Of a stretch of DNA of 64,000 bases, positions 1 through 12,072 are shown in pieces. The stretch is from assembly GCA_043228905.1 (NCBI GenBank), contig JBHGNT010000010.1, forward strand, positions 16,058,001-16,122,000, given 5' to 3'. Origin of the DNA: Azolla caroliniana. Its lineage: Eukaryota > Plantae > Polypodiophyta. The translations under genes and the position numbers were made by a program. Each line of letters starts with the position of its first letter. The stretch's first letter is position 1. The notes beneath the pieces are model-generated. The model did not search any database, had not been told where the DNA came from, and was given only the letters and a program-made list of their open reading frames with translations.

Positions 1-55
1 AGAGCGACTTCGAGCGTGCGGAGTTCTCGGCCCGGACGAGGTAATCAGCGGAGCC

Positions 56-3000
56 GTGGAGCCGGTCTCCTTCGACGACACCTTAGGGATGCTGAGGAAG
101 GTTGCCGGAGAAGACCTTAATGAAGACCGGACGATACCGGTATGTTCCGAAGAGATGTACGAAGAAGTCATCGCGAACTTCAGTCGGGGGCTCGGGTCGG
201 ATCGGACGGCCCGAGTTAGCACAAAGTACAAGACTGTGGACCGGAAGGTAAGGCCAGTCGTGGCACCCTTACCGGAGGGCAGCGAGTCCCGGATCAGGGG
301 GGGTTGCGTCGGACCCCAGTTTACGAGATCCGGCCTGCATAGGACACACCTTCACCGACGGGACGCTCCGGGAGCTCAAAATCGGTGGGGGCGGGTTCCT
401 ACTGCCGGCGGAGGAAGACCGGTTTCGGAGGATGCTCGGAAGGCACAGGAAAGCCTTCGCATTCTCGCCGGAAGAGATCGGGTGCGTAGACCCGACGATC
501 GTGGAGCCTATGGTGATATTCACGGTACCGCATGTGCCGTGGAATCTCAAGCCGATTCCGGTACTGAGAGCTCACATCCCGAAGTTGATGGAGCTATTGA
601 GGCAGAAAGTAGATATGGTCATTCTTGAACCGTCGAGTGCCCCATACTCGAACCGATGGTTTACCGTACCGAAGAAAAACGGAACGTTGCGCTTCATTCA
701 AGACCTGCAGCCGGTCAACAGAGTGACCATTCGAAACGCAGGAATCGGACCGACCATAGACGAGTTCGCGGAGGCCTTTGACGGAAGGTCGATTTACTCG
801 GTCGGTGATCTGTACTCAGGGTACGACCAGTTCCAGCTAGCCGTGGAAAGCAGAGACATTACGACGATGCGAACTCCCCTCGGTCTAGTGCGAATGTGTA
901 CCCTGCCACAAGGAGGGACTAACTCGGTGGCTCACATGGTAAATGCAATGAACAAGGTACTGAGAGATTGCATCCCCGACATCACCATGCCATTTCTGGA
1001 CGACATCCCGATTAAGGGGTGCCCGGTGGAGGAGAAGGAAGAGACAGTCGGGCCGGACGGATGCCGGCGATTCGTGGAGAAACACATCGACGACTGCGAG
1101 AAGGTGTTACAAAGGCTAGAGGATGCTAGGCTCACCTTCTCCGGGGAGAAATCGGCCTTCGGGCAATCGGAAATCCTGGTAGTCGGACACCTATGTGGGC
1201 CATATGGTCGGAAGCCGTCTCCGGCAAAGGTAGAAGCCATCTCCGCAATGAAGACTGACTGTAGCTCGGTTACGGAAGTTCGGAGGTTCCTGGGGGCATG
1301 CGCATTCTACCACATATGGAGCCCACGTTGCGGAGCCGCTATACGGGTTGCTGAAAAAGGGGCAAAGATTCGAGTGGCGAGACGAGCCCACGGGGTCGGT
1401 CCGGAAGCTGAAGGAAGCTCTTGCGGTAGCTCCGGCGCTCCGGAAGGCTGTCTACGAGAAGGGTACCCTGGTATACATAACGGTGGATACGAGCCCGACC
1501 GGGATCGGATGGGTCGTCAACCAAGAAGACGAGGACGGCACCCGGTTCCCGATCTGATTCGGCGCTAAGGTCCTCAGTGAGTGACAGCGAGGGTGCGCCC
1601 AGGTTAAACGTGAACTCTGGGGTATCGTTTCGGCAGTAAAGGCGGACAAAGACTACCTGATCGGGACAGAAGTGATTATCGAGACGGATTGCCTGCCGAT
1701 TCTTGGCATGGTTTCCGGATGCGCGACACCGGACCTGGCGATGCTCAGGTGGATAGCGTACATCAAGTCCCTGGACCCAGAGATACGACACATTTCCGGA
1801 AAGGACAACGCCATGGCCGACATGCTTTCGAGGGCGAGGTTTGATGACGAGGGCGGCATGGTTTCGGAGGATGAAGAAGTCGGCGTGGACTTCTTCGAGG
1901 CGGCGTACGTGACGACTGATGGGACGAGCACTCCGGCACTTAACGACTTCGACGAGAGCAAGTACGACGGCGAGTGGCTCCAGATCGGTGGATTCTTGAG
2001 GACAATGACGCCGGATGCGTCATGGACGAAGGACGAGGCCAACCGGATCCGGAAGAAAGCTTACCGATTCTTTCTCCGGGACGGATACTTATGGAAGCAC
2101 CCGAAGAAGAGGGACGGCGCTCCGCTCCGGGTGGTGGCGATGAAGGAAGAACAGGAGGAGCTGCTGACGGCCTACCACGACAGCCCTTGGGCCGGACACC
2201 GTGGAACCTGGGCCACGTTCGAGAAGATAAAGGGGAAGTACTGGTGGTCGGGACTGTACCGGGACGTGCATTGATTCGTGACAACTTGCGAGAGCTGTCA
2301 GATGCACTCCATAGTCCGACACCGGGACGAACTTCACCCTACGTACCCTCCGACCATCCACTTCAAATGGATGGTAGACCTGGTAACGATGCCGATAGGA
2401 GTAGGACAGATGCGGTATCTGGTCCTGGCTCGGGAAGATCTAACGAACCAGGTGGAAGGCCGGGCCCTTCAAAACAAAACGACTGCGGCCGTATGTCGGT
2501 TCCTGCTCGAGGACGTAATATGCCGGTACGGGTGCGTCGGGAAGATCGTGGCTGATCGCGGGGAGTTGGACGCCGAAGAGGCCGAGGAGCTGTTCGACCG
2601 GCTAGGAGTCAAGCTCTCGCTTACCACTGCGTACAATCCGGAGGCGAATGGAAAGGTGGAGCGCGGACACGGACCGATCGTCAAGGCGTTAGTTCGGGCA
2701 TGCGGAGGTCGAGTCGGGAACTGGCCGCGGCTACTGCCTTACACGTTGTGGGCTGACCGGACTACGCACAGTTCGGTAACCGGATTCATGCCGGCAGAGC
2801 TCATGTTTTGGCAGAAGCCGATCATGCCGATCGAACGTACGGTCTCCTCATGGGCAACCGTGGACTGGAGAGACGAGATGAGCCGGGAGGAACTGCTGAC
2901 GGCGCGCATACGACAACTCGAGCGGAGACCGGAGGACGTGGAGCAGGCTGCAGAAAAGCTTCGGGAAGCAAGGATGAGGAACAAAGCCCGGTTCGACCGA

Positions 3001-3312
3001 ACACACCGGCTCCGACCAAAGAAGATCGAGGAAGGCGACTAGGTGCTAGTCTACGACAGCGGCCTCGACAACCAGCACCGAGCGACACGGAAGTTCGCAA
3101 GAAGGTGGTTCGGGCCTTACGTGGTACAAAGCGCCAACGACAACGGGACGTACCATCTGGCGGAACTCAACGGTACGAGAATGACGATACCGGTAGCCGG
3201 GAAGCGGATCAAGACGTTCAAGAAGCGTCACGACGACGAGCCGGATCAGGTTGACTTGGACCGCGACGACGAGCGATCCAAAACCGAGGAAGAACCGACG
3301 GGCGGGGAATGA
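56..3312 (+). pseudogene. pol: A1 pol (RT, RNase H, integrase with GPY/F tail, no chromodomain), disrupted
   Basis: ORFs 432-1568 (DLYSGYDQ, LPQGGTNS, FLDD), 1672-2274 (ETDC, DMLSR, H..H), 2278-3042 (VDLV, ADRG, NGKVER), 3043-3312 (WFGPY); several stops and frameshifts. Confidence 0.93.
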
Positions 3313-3385
3313 AGGCTGGACCGGTTTTCTCCGTCCCAACTCAATTTGGCGCATGCCGGTGGATGCGCGGTTAGGTTGGGGCGAA

Positions 3386-3828
3386 TGTCGTGAAGAAAAC
3401 CGTCCACAAGCGGAATCGGTGTACCGGAGCGTAGAAACCGACTCTTCATGCACGCGCGCCTTAAGTTGTACATAGGAGATCCTAGGTAGATTCGGTAGGT
3501 AGGGAGTAAAGGGGGAAACGGCTCCTTCCTTGCCTATAAAGGGAGGGAGACGAGGAGAGTAAGGGAATCGCAGAGAGTCGAGGACGAAGTGCTGTCGGAT
3601 TGGGCGCGAAGGCTTCTCTCTCTCTCTCTCTCTCTCTCTTTCGCAGACTCCATAGCTTCCTTCTGTGCAGGTTTCGGGAGGCTCGCGCTGCTCCGAGGAA
3701 TGCTCGAGTGCTTCCGGCAGCACCTCCAACCTGTTCCTGTCTTTCTGTGCGTTTACGAACAGGTATCGGCATCTGTCCGCCGGCTTGTTCGGTTGTAACC
3801 GACTTCGTGTTTTGTTGTCTTCGTGTTA
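3386..3828 (+). repeat. A1 3' LTR, truncated after about 443 bp
   Basis: Aligns with the reverse complement of full LTR 63132-63781; TATA-like CCTATAAA near 3533; (CT)n at 3614-3638. Confidence 0.88.
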
Positions 3829-3830
3829 CA

Positions 3831-4273
3831 ACAAAATACACAATAGAGCACGCGAGCGGTTACAACCGAACAAGCCGGCGAACTGATGCCGATGCCTGTT
3901 CGTCTGCGCACGAAAGGGGATAGGATGGAGGTGCTGCCGGAAGCACACGGGCGTTCCTCGAAGCAGCGTGAGCCTCCCGAAAACCTGCAGAGAAGAGTAA
4001 TAGAGAACAAACAGAGGAGAAGCGTTCGGTTCTGGTCCGACAACACTTCGTCCTTCTCAATGCGCGATCCCCCTCTCCCTACGTCTCCCTCTCCTTTATT
4101 GCGTCAAGAAGGGAGCCGTCTCCCTCATTTACGTCCTAACTACCGAATCTAACTACCCAAGATATACCTACGTACTTAATCCCTATTATATACATTAAGG
4201 GCGCGCACACGTGAAGAGCCGGCTCACACGCGCTATGCACCGATTGCGCTAAAGGACAGTTTTCTTCACGACA
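3831..4273 (-). repeat. A2 3' LTR, truncated
   Basis: Highly similar to about 10077-10519; abuts PPT (reverse complement of TCCGCCCCCACCTAACC). Confidence 0.9.
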
Positions 4274-5229
4274 TCCGCCCCCACCTAACCGCGCATCCAC
4301 TGGTATCGCCATCCTTGTACCGTCGAGTTCCGCCAGGTGATACGTCCCGTTGTCATTGGCGCTTGTTACTACTTAATCTGGCCTCCGCTCGAGCTGCCGT
4401 ATACGCGCCGCTAGCAGTTCTTCCCGACTCATCTCGTCTCTCCAGTCTATTGTCGCCCAAGAGGAGATCGTCCGTTCCATCGGCATGATCGGCTTCTGTC
4501 CGAACATGATCTCTGATGGCATGAACCCGGTTACCGAACTGTGCGTTGTCCGGTCCGCCCACAAGGCATAGGGTAACAGTCGTGGCCAGTTCCCGACCTG
4601 TTCTTCGCACGCCCGGACTAGCACTTTGACGATCGGTCCGTGCCCGCGCTCCACCTTCCCGTTTGCCTCCGGATTGTACGCTGTGGTGAGCGAGAGCTTG
4701 ACCCCTAACCGGTCTAACAACTCCTCGGCCTCTTCGACGTCCAACTCCCCGCGGTCAGCCACGATCTTTCCGACGCACCCGTACCGGCATATCACGTCCT
4801 CGATCAGGAACCGACACACGGCCACGGTCGTTTTGTTCTGTAGGGCTCGGCCTTCCACCTGGTTCGTTAGGTCCTCCCGCGCCAGCACCAGATATTGCAT
4901 CTGCCCTACGCCCATCGACATCGTCACCAAATCTACCATCCATTTGAAGTGGATGGCCGGAGGGTATGTAGGGTGAAGCTCGTCCCGATGTCGGACTATG
5001 GAGTGCATCTGACAGCTCTCACAAGTTGTCACGAACCGATGTACGTCTCGGTACAGTCCCGGCCACCAGTACTTCCCCTTTAGTTTCTCGAACGTGGCCC
5101 ATGTCCCACGGTGTCCAGCCCAGGGGCTGTCGTGGTAGGCCTTCAGCAACTCCTCCTGTTCCTCCTCCATCGCCACTACTCGGAGCGGGATGCCGTTTCT
5201 CTTTTTCGGGTGCTTCCACAAGTATCCGT

Positions 5230-5473
5230 CTGAGGTATGATGGAGATACACAGGTGAACACCAACCCTGGAAGAAAAGCAGAATGAACCACATTAGGAAG
5301 TAATACTACTCCCAAACTCCCTAGTAGAATACCTGATTCTATTAATACCAAAATAACTTGATGAATTGATTCAGATAGATTCATTGTACATAATTAATTG
5401 CTAAAAAATTTTGTCTCATTTTCCAGCCCATTCTATTTTTTCGTATATCCTTGTGATCGCGCACAGCGAGACG
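5230..5473. other. AT-rich foreign insertion (filler DNA) in A2 pol, containing an intron-like segment 5235-5426 on +
   Basis: Removing it restores FFLR|DGYLWK as in A1; no TSD or TIR; GAG|GTATGA...TGCTAA...TTTTCCAG. Confidence 0.8.
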
Positions 5474-7679
5474 CCCGGAGAAAGAATCGGTATGCTTTCT
5501 TCCGGATCCGGTTGGCCTCTTCCTTTGTCCATGACGCGTCCGGCGTCATCGTCCTCAAGAATCCCCCAATCTGCAGCCACTCCCCGTCGTACTTGCTCTC
5601 GTTGAAATCGTTAAGCGCCGGAGTGCTCCCCCCCTCAGTTGTTACGTAAGCCACCTCGAAGAAGTCCACGCCGACTTCCTCGTCCTCCGAAACCATGCCG
5701 CCCTCGTCGTCGAATCGCGCCCTCGAAAGCATGTCGGCCATGGCATTGTCTTTCCCGGAAATGTGTCGTATTTCCGGATCCAGGGACTTGATGTACGCTA
5801 TCCACCTGAGCATTGCCAAGTCCGGGGTTGCGCATCCGGAAACCATGCCGAGAATCGGCAGGCAGTCCGTCTCGATAATCACCTCTGTCCCGATCAGATA
5901 GTCTTTATCGGCCTTTACCGCCGAAACGATACCCCCGAGTTCGCGTTTAACCTGGGTGTATCCTCGTTGCCGCTCGCTGAGGACCTTCGCGCCGAACCGG
6001 ATTGGGAACTGAATACCGTCCTCATCCTCTTGGTTGATTACCCATCCGATCCCGGTCGGGCTTGTATCTACCGTTATGTAGATGGGGGTGCCCTTCTCGT
6101 AGACAGACTTCCAGAGCGCCGGAGCTGCAGCAAGAGCCTCCTTCATTTTGCGGACCGACTCCGTATGCTCGACTCGCCACTCGAATTTTCGCCCCTTCTT
6201 CAGCGACCCGTATAGCGGCTCCGCAACGTGGGCGTAATGCGGGATCCATATGTGGTAGAACGCGCATGCTCCCAAGAACCTGCGCACCTCCGTGACCGAG
6301 TTACAATCGGGCTTCATTGCGGAGATGGCTTCCACCTTAGCCGGAGACAGTTTCCGGCCATACAGTCCGCATAGATGTCCGACGACCATGATCTCTGGTT
6401 GCCCGAAGGCTGATTTCTCCCCGGAGAAGGTGAGCCTCGCGTCCTCTAGCCTCTGCAACACCCTCTCGCAGTCGTCAATGTGTGTCGCCACGAATCTCCG
6501 GCATCCGTCTGGTCCGATCGTTTCGTCCTTTTCCTCCACCGGACATCCCTTGATCGGGATGTCGTCCAAGAATGGCATTGTGATGTCCGGGATACAGTCC
6601 CTCAGCACCTTGTTCATCGCATTCACCATGTGGGCCACCGAGTTTGTCCCTCCTTGTGGCAGGGTACACATCCGCACTAGGCCGAGAGGAGTCCGCATCG
6701 TCGTAATGTCTCTGCTCTCTACGGCTAGTTGGAACTGGTCGTACCCCGAGTACAGATCACCGCCTGAGTAGATTGACCTTCCGGCGAAGGCCTCCGCGAA
6801 CTCGTCTATCGTTGGTCTGATTCCTGCGTTCCGAATGGTCACTCTGTTGACCGGTTGCAAGTCTTGAATGAAGCGCAACGTCCCGTTCTTCTTCGGTACG
6901 GTAAACCACCGGTTCGAGTACAGGGCACTCGACGGTTCGAGGATGCCCATATCGACTTTCTGCCTCAATAGCTCCATCAGCTCCAGGATGTGAGCTCTCG
7001 GTACCGAAATTGGCTTGAGATTCCACAGCACATGCGGTACCGTGAATATCACCATCGGCTTCACGACTGTCGGGTCTACGCACCCGATCTCCCCCGGCGA
7101 GAATGCGAAGGCTTTCCTGTGCCTTCCGAGCATTCTCCGAAACCGGTCTTCTTCCGCTGGCAGTAGGAACCCGCCCCCACCGATTTTGAGCTCCCGTAGC
7201 GTTCTGTCGGTGAAGGCGTGCCCTATGCAGGCCGGATCTCGTAAACTGGGGTCCGACGCGACCCCCTTGATTCGTAACTCGCTGCCCTCCGGTAAGGGTG
7301 CCGCGACTGGCCTTACCTTGCGGTCCACAGTCTTGTACTTCGTGTTAACCTGGGCCGCCCGATCCGACTTGAGCCCTCGACTGAAGTCCGCGATGACTTC
7401 GCACATCTCTTCCGAACAAATCGGTATCCTCCGGTCCTCCTTAAGGCCCTCTCCGACCACCTCTCGCAGTATTCCCAAGGTATCGTCGAAGGAGACCGCC
7501 TCCACGGCTCTGTTGATTTCCTCGCTGGGCCCGAGAACTCCGCACGCCTGAAGTCGCTCTTCCGCCCTTGTCTTTTCTCGGCCTACGATGCCGACTATCG
7601 TACACCCTCCGTTGTCGGAGAAACAAAACTTCCTACTTATGGTACAAGGTTTCTTCGGTTTCGCCTCTATCGTACATTT

Positions 7680-7745
7680 GTGGGGTTTTCCCAGAGTGTC
7701 CGGACTGTCGCGGCCCCACGCCTTGACAACCCTCTCTAAAAATCC
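7680..7745 (-). promoter_or_regulatory. Putative -1 ribosomal frameshift signal (G GAU UUU plus H-type pseudoknot)
   Basis: ORF1 ends GAG GAT TTT TAG; pol continues in the -1 frame; same signal at 34016-34081 with a covarying stem. Confidence 0.7.
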
Positions 7746-9839
7746 TCTCGGTTCTCGCCACCGAGGGACTCGTGGTTCGGTCTCACCGTCAGGAACTGGA
7801 CCGAGTGACGCCCGTCCTGACTCTTGACCCTCGCGTAAGCCGACCCGTTGTCCAGCACCTTGGTCTCCATTCGCGTTGCCGTAATGTACGGTTCTCCCAG
7901 TATGACCGGGTGCGAGGACATCTCCTGCACAAAGAAGTGTTGGTCTATCTCGACGTTGCCGATCTTGACTCGCACGTTTGGGCAGGCCTCGTGTAGTTCC
8001 TCGGTGGCGCGCTTCGCCGCCCGTATCTTCCACCCGTGCTTGGTGTTGATCGGCCATTTCCCCTTCTTGTAGAAGTCCATGGACATCAGGTTTATTTCCG
8101 AACCGTGGTCCACCAGCGCCACCACTGGTTCCTGAACATCTCCGATCTTCACCAGGGTTTCCGTGGTCGCTCGGGCCCAGTGTGGCCTCGAATAGTGGCT
8201 CTCTGCCCACTCGTCTTCCAGCGCCATGTCCTCTATGTGCGCCGTCCGCACCTCCACCGGCCTTTCCGGTTCTGCCTCCGTCGACAGCCTCTTCCTCTTC
8301 ACCAAGTCTACGATGGAGTCGTGGAACTCCTTCTTGGCGATTCCGAGCACCTCCCGCAACGACAGTTCTACTTTGCTGTCGAGGATTCGTTCTTCCAGGA
8401 CCTTTTGTAGGTCCGTGGTCCTTTCGATCTCCGTGCCCAAATGGTATCCGCCCTTCTTGTGGTTATCCCGGGCACTGGACTCGTCGGCCTCGTTCCGTTT
8501 CGGCCCGAATCGGGTTTCGTATCTCTGTGAGGGTCCGGCCCCTCCCGTTTTACCTACCCGTTTGTCTTCAACCAGAGCCTCGTAGTTCTGGCAAGCTGCT
8601 TCGACGAAACCCGGCTTTTCTTCGACCGGGTCACTCCACCCGGTTACCTCCTGGACCCGCTTCTCCACGCGGTTCGCCTCGTCTCTCTTTAGTCGGGCAC
8701 CGGCGAGGCCTTCCAGCACTGTCGGCCAGAACCCGGCTTTGCTCTCCTTCCGGGCCTCGCTGCCTCCGAACTGAATACCGGTTGACGCTGTATAGTGGAT
8801 GGTCTCCGCGTGCCGGGCTGCCGCCTCTTCCATCAGCCTTTTCATTCCTCCTCGCCCGTCGTTTCGGTTCAGGGCCCTCCGGGTATCGGTGGCGTGCACC
8901 CGACCTTCCCATAGGTACACTACCCGACTTCTCAAAGCCTCCATAAAGTCCCCGCAATCTTTCCGGATGTGGCCGACCTCGTCGCACCACATGCACCTAC
9001 TTCTTGCCGGAGGCCGTCGGTCACGAGCCTGATCGCCGCCTTCCCTCCGAGCCTGGGCGATCTGGAGATCCTTTACCGCTTGTGTCAACTCCTCCAGAGC
9101 TGTTCCCCCGGACGAGCTTCTGATCACGCCGGTCGAAGACGAACCGGTTTCGAGCCACTCCCGAGTCTCTTCCCTTCGCGCCTGCAGTATCGGTTCGAGC
9201 TTCCTTGCTGCGACAGCACTCCCACCATTTGTCAAAATGGCCACAGACTCTCTTTACCGCGGCCCAGTCGGCCGTTAGCCTGTCTTCGGTTTCCAGTAAG
9301 AAGCCAACTTGCCCCCGATCCTGTGCGTCAACCGATTTGACAAACAGTAGGACACGACTTGTGTCCAGAACGGTCCGATCGAGCGCCGAAAGGCGCGCAA
9401 AGCGTTCCTCAAACTCCCGGAGGAGTACCGACGCATTTCTTCCTTTGTTGGGGGACTCCACCCACTCCATGAAGCCTCGCTTCGAAAGTCGAAGCGCGTC
9501 ATCCAGCCCGTATTTCTCCAGGAGCCGTCCTTCGAACTCTTCCCAAGTCCGGCTCTCCGCCCGGACCTCGAGCACCTCCGCATGGATGCCCGGCATCGCC
9601 ACTCGAGGGAATCCGGCAAGACGCCTCTCTTCCGGAATATCCCTTATCAACATCTCCGCCCGGTAGGACGCCAAATAACTCGTGGCATCCTTTCCACTGA
9701 ACCGGCCAATCATACCGACGATCGCCTCAATAGCCCTGTCAAGGGCGCCGGTGCCCTCGCGCGCGCTCACTATCTGGTCCACGGCCGAAGCCATGCCCTC
9801 TGCAAGATCCAACCCCCTCATCTTCTGCTCCTCTGCCAC
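7736..9839 (-). pseudogene. gag: A2 ORF1 gag-protease (one frameshift near 9230)
   Basis: ORFs 9021-9839 and 7736-9244; zinc knuckle CMWCDEVGHIRKDC; aspartic protease LVDHGSEINLM. Confidence 0.88.
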
Positions 9840-9844
9840 CTTGT

Positions 9845-9862
9845 TTCACGTTAGGTTCACCA
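9845..9862 (-). promoter_or_regulatory. Primer binding site, tRNA-Trp type
   Basis: TGGTGAACCTAACGTGAA, 4 nt from LTR end; perfect form TGGTGAACCCGACGTGAA at 43564-43581 and 62160-62177 complements the plant tRNA-Trp 3' end (tRNA sequence from memory). Confidence 0.82.
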
Positions 9863-9866
9863 AAGA

Positions 9867-10519
9867 TGTCGCGTTACTACGTGCGTGCGTGGAGAAACGA
9901 GGCGGGACCACCGGGGTCTTGAACCGAAAAGCAGGTGATAGAAGGGGAAAGAGAGAGAGAGAGAAAGACGCCCAGTCACGTATGAGCAAAGAAACACAGG
10001 GGCACGACCCATCAACACAGAAGACGCGAATGGACACAGAGACAGGGAGACACAAGTTTTTTGTAGATTAACGAATAACAAATACACAACAGAGCACGCG
10101 AGCGGTTACAACCGAACAAGCCGGCGAACAGATGCCGATGCCTGTTCGTCTGCGCACGAAAGGAGATAGGATGGAGGTGCTGCCGGAAGCACATGGGCGT
10201 TCCTCGAAGCAGCATGAGCCTCCCAAAAACCTGCAGAGAAGAGCAATAGAGAACAAACAGAGGAGAAGCGTTCGGTTCCGGTCCGACAACACTTCGTCCT
10301 TCTCAATGCGCGATCCCCCTCTCCCTGCGTCTCCCTCTCCTTTATTGCATCAAGAAGGGAGCCGTCTCCCTCATTTATGTCCTACCTACCGAATCTAACT
10401 ACCCAGGATATACTTACGTACTTAATCCCTATTATATACATTAAGGGCGCGCATGCGTGGAGAGCCGGTTCACGTGTGCTATGCACCGATTGCGCTAAGG
10501 GACGGTTTTCTTCACGACA
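9867..10519 (-). repeat. A2 5' LTR (653 bp)
   Basis: TGTCGTG...CGCGACA termini; adjacent PBS; outer flank CCGT. Confidence 0.93.
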
Positions 10520-10936
10520 CCGTATTATTATATACACGTGGATAATGTGTGAGGGTTAAACGAGAGTGTAAAGACCCTTGGGAGGATTACTTTTAATCCT
10601 CGGGATTGAGACAACCCATTAGGCCAAGTGTGAACTTGGCTAGGGGCCTTAGGTCTGGCTAAAAATATGAGGCCTAGCTACCCTCATTTGACACATTATC
10701 GACTACGTCGGGACACTTGACATTGTGGTGGGTCAACTCTTATAGCGAGCGAGCGAGCATTAGGTACGACTCGATGCCACACCGGTGGTATGGGACGCCG
10801 ATCGAGGCTCGAGTCCATCTCGATCCCTTCACTCGGGGGTGGTCGGGTGGATCGACACCCTTCTTTCTCTCTCTCCTTTCTTATTTATCTATCTTTTATC
10901 CTTATCATATGCTTAGATTAGATCATCACTCTAACA
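10520..10936. repeat. Probable LTR fragment of an unassigned element
   Basis: Non-coding; ends CTCTAACA immediately before a pol remnant; no second copy in the window. Confidence 0.4.
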
Positions 10937-12072
10937 ACACGGTTGCGGTTTTCTTATTTCTCAAGGCTCGACCTTCCACCTGGTTTGTCAAATCCTCTCT
11001 TGCCAACACCAGGTACCTCATCTGTCCTACATCAACATTGTTACAAGGTCAACCATCCATTTAAAGTGGATGGCTGGCGGGTAGGTTAGGTGCAACTCAT
11101 CTCGTTGCCAAATTCCAGAATGCACTTGGCAGCTCTTGCATGTCATCACGAAGTGGCGCATGTCCTTGTACATTCAATGCCACCAATACCTCTCCTTCAG
11201 CTTTTCGAATGTGGCCCACGTTCCCCGATGTCTAGACCAGGCACTCTCGTGGAATTCTGACACGACTACCACTTGGTCCTCCTTTGTCACCACCCGGAGT
11301 GGTGTGTCAATCCGCTTCTGCGGATGCCGCTAGGTCTTCCTGTCTCGTAGAAAGAACTTATACGCCTTCTTCTGGATCATGCTTGTTTCTTCTTTTGTTC
11401 ACAATGCGTTTGGTGCCATCGTGCTTAGGAACCTCCCGATTAGAAGCCACTCCCCGTTGTAGTCATTCTCGTCGAACTCGTTCAAGGCCGGAGTACTTCG
11501 TTCTTTTGCCGACATTTGAGCCAACTCGAAGAAGTCCACACCGCCTTCTTCATCTTCCTATACCATGCCATCCTCTCCTTCGAAATGTGCTCTTGATAGC
11601 ATATCGACCATGGTGTTCTTTTCCGGAGATGCATCTCTCCTTCGAACTGTGCTCTTGATCCACCTGAGCATCGCCATGTCCGGAGTCGCCCATCCAAAAA
11701 CCATGTCAAGAATCGGTAGGCAGTCCATCTCAATTATTACCTCTGCCCCGATTAGGTAATCTTTGTCGGTCTTAACCGCCGAAACGATTGCCCAAAGTTC
11801 GCGCTTAACTTGGGTGTATCCTCATTGCCGCTTGCTTTGCACCTTCGCACCGAATCGGATGGCGAACCGTGTTCTGGCCTCATCCTCCTGGTTAATTACC
11901 CACCTGATTCCAGTTAGACTTGTGTCCACTATAACGAAAATCGGAGAGTCCATATACACTGCTTTCCGAGGGGTGGTGCCGCCGTCAACATCCTCTTTAG
12001 TTTCCGAATCGCCTCCGAGTGCAGTTCGCTCCATTCGAATTTCCAACCTTGCTTCAGCAAGCTATAGAGCGG
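10937..12072 (-). pseudogene. pol: Old, decayed family A pol fragment (RNase H to integrase)
   Basis: Translations VDTSLTGIRWVINQED, IRFGAKV; nucleotide similarity to A2 pol. Confidence 0.82.

Larger units (their letters stand above)
1..3828 (+). mobile_element. Ty3/gypsy family A copy A1, 3' part (5' end outside window; 3' LTR truncated)
   Basis: RT-RH-INT order, then PPT-like GGTTAGGTTGGGGCGAA and LTR start TGTCGTGAAGAAAACC at 3386. Confidence 0.93.
4373..7745 (-). pseudogene. pol: A2 pol (RT-RH-INT), interrupted by a 244-bp insertion and 3' deletions
   Basis: ORF 5433-8210 (RT FLDD, RNase H) and ORF 4373-5293 (integrase core), closely similar to A1 pol. Confidence 0.92.
3831..10519 (-). 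mobile_element. Ty3/gypsy family A copy A2, near full length, defective
   Basis: 5' LTR 9867-10519, PBS, gag-PR, pol, PPT at 4274-4290, truncated 3' LTR 3831-4273 matching the 5' LTR. Confidence 0.94.

Noticed and set aside
5230-5473. Insert as an intron of the retroelement's own pol transcript
   Set aside because: On the element (minus) strand the boundaries are not GT/GC...AG in any register; the splice signals are on the opposite strand.
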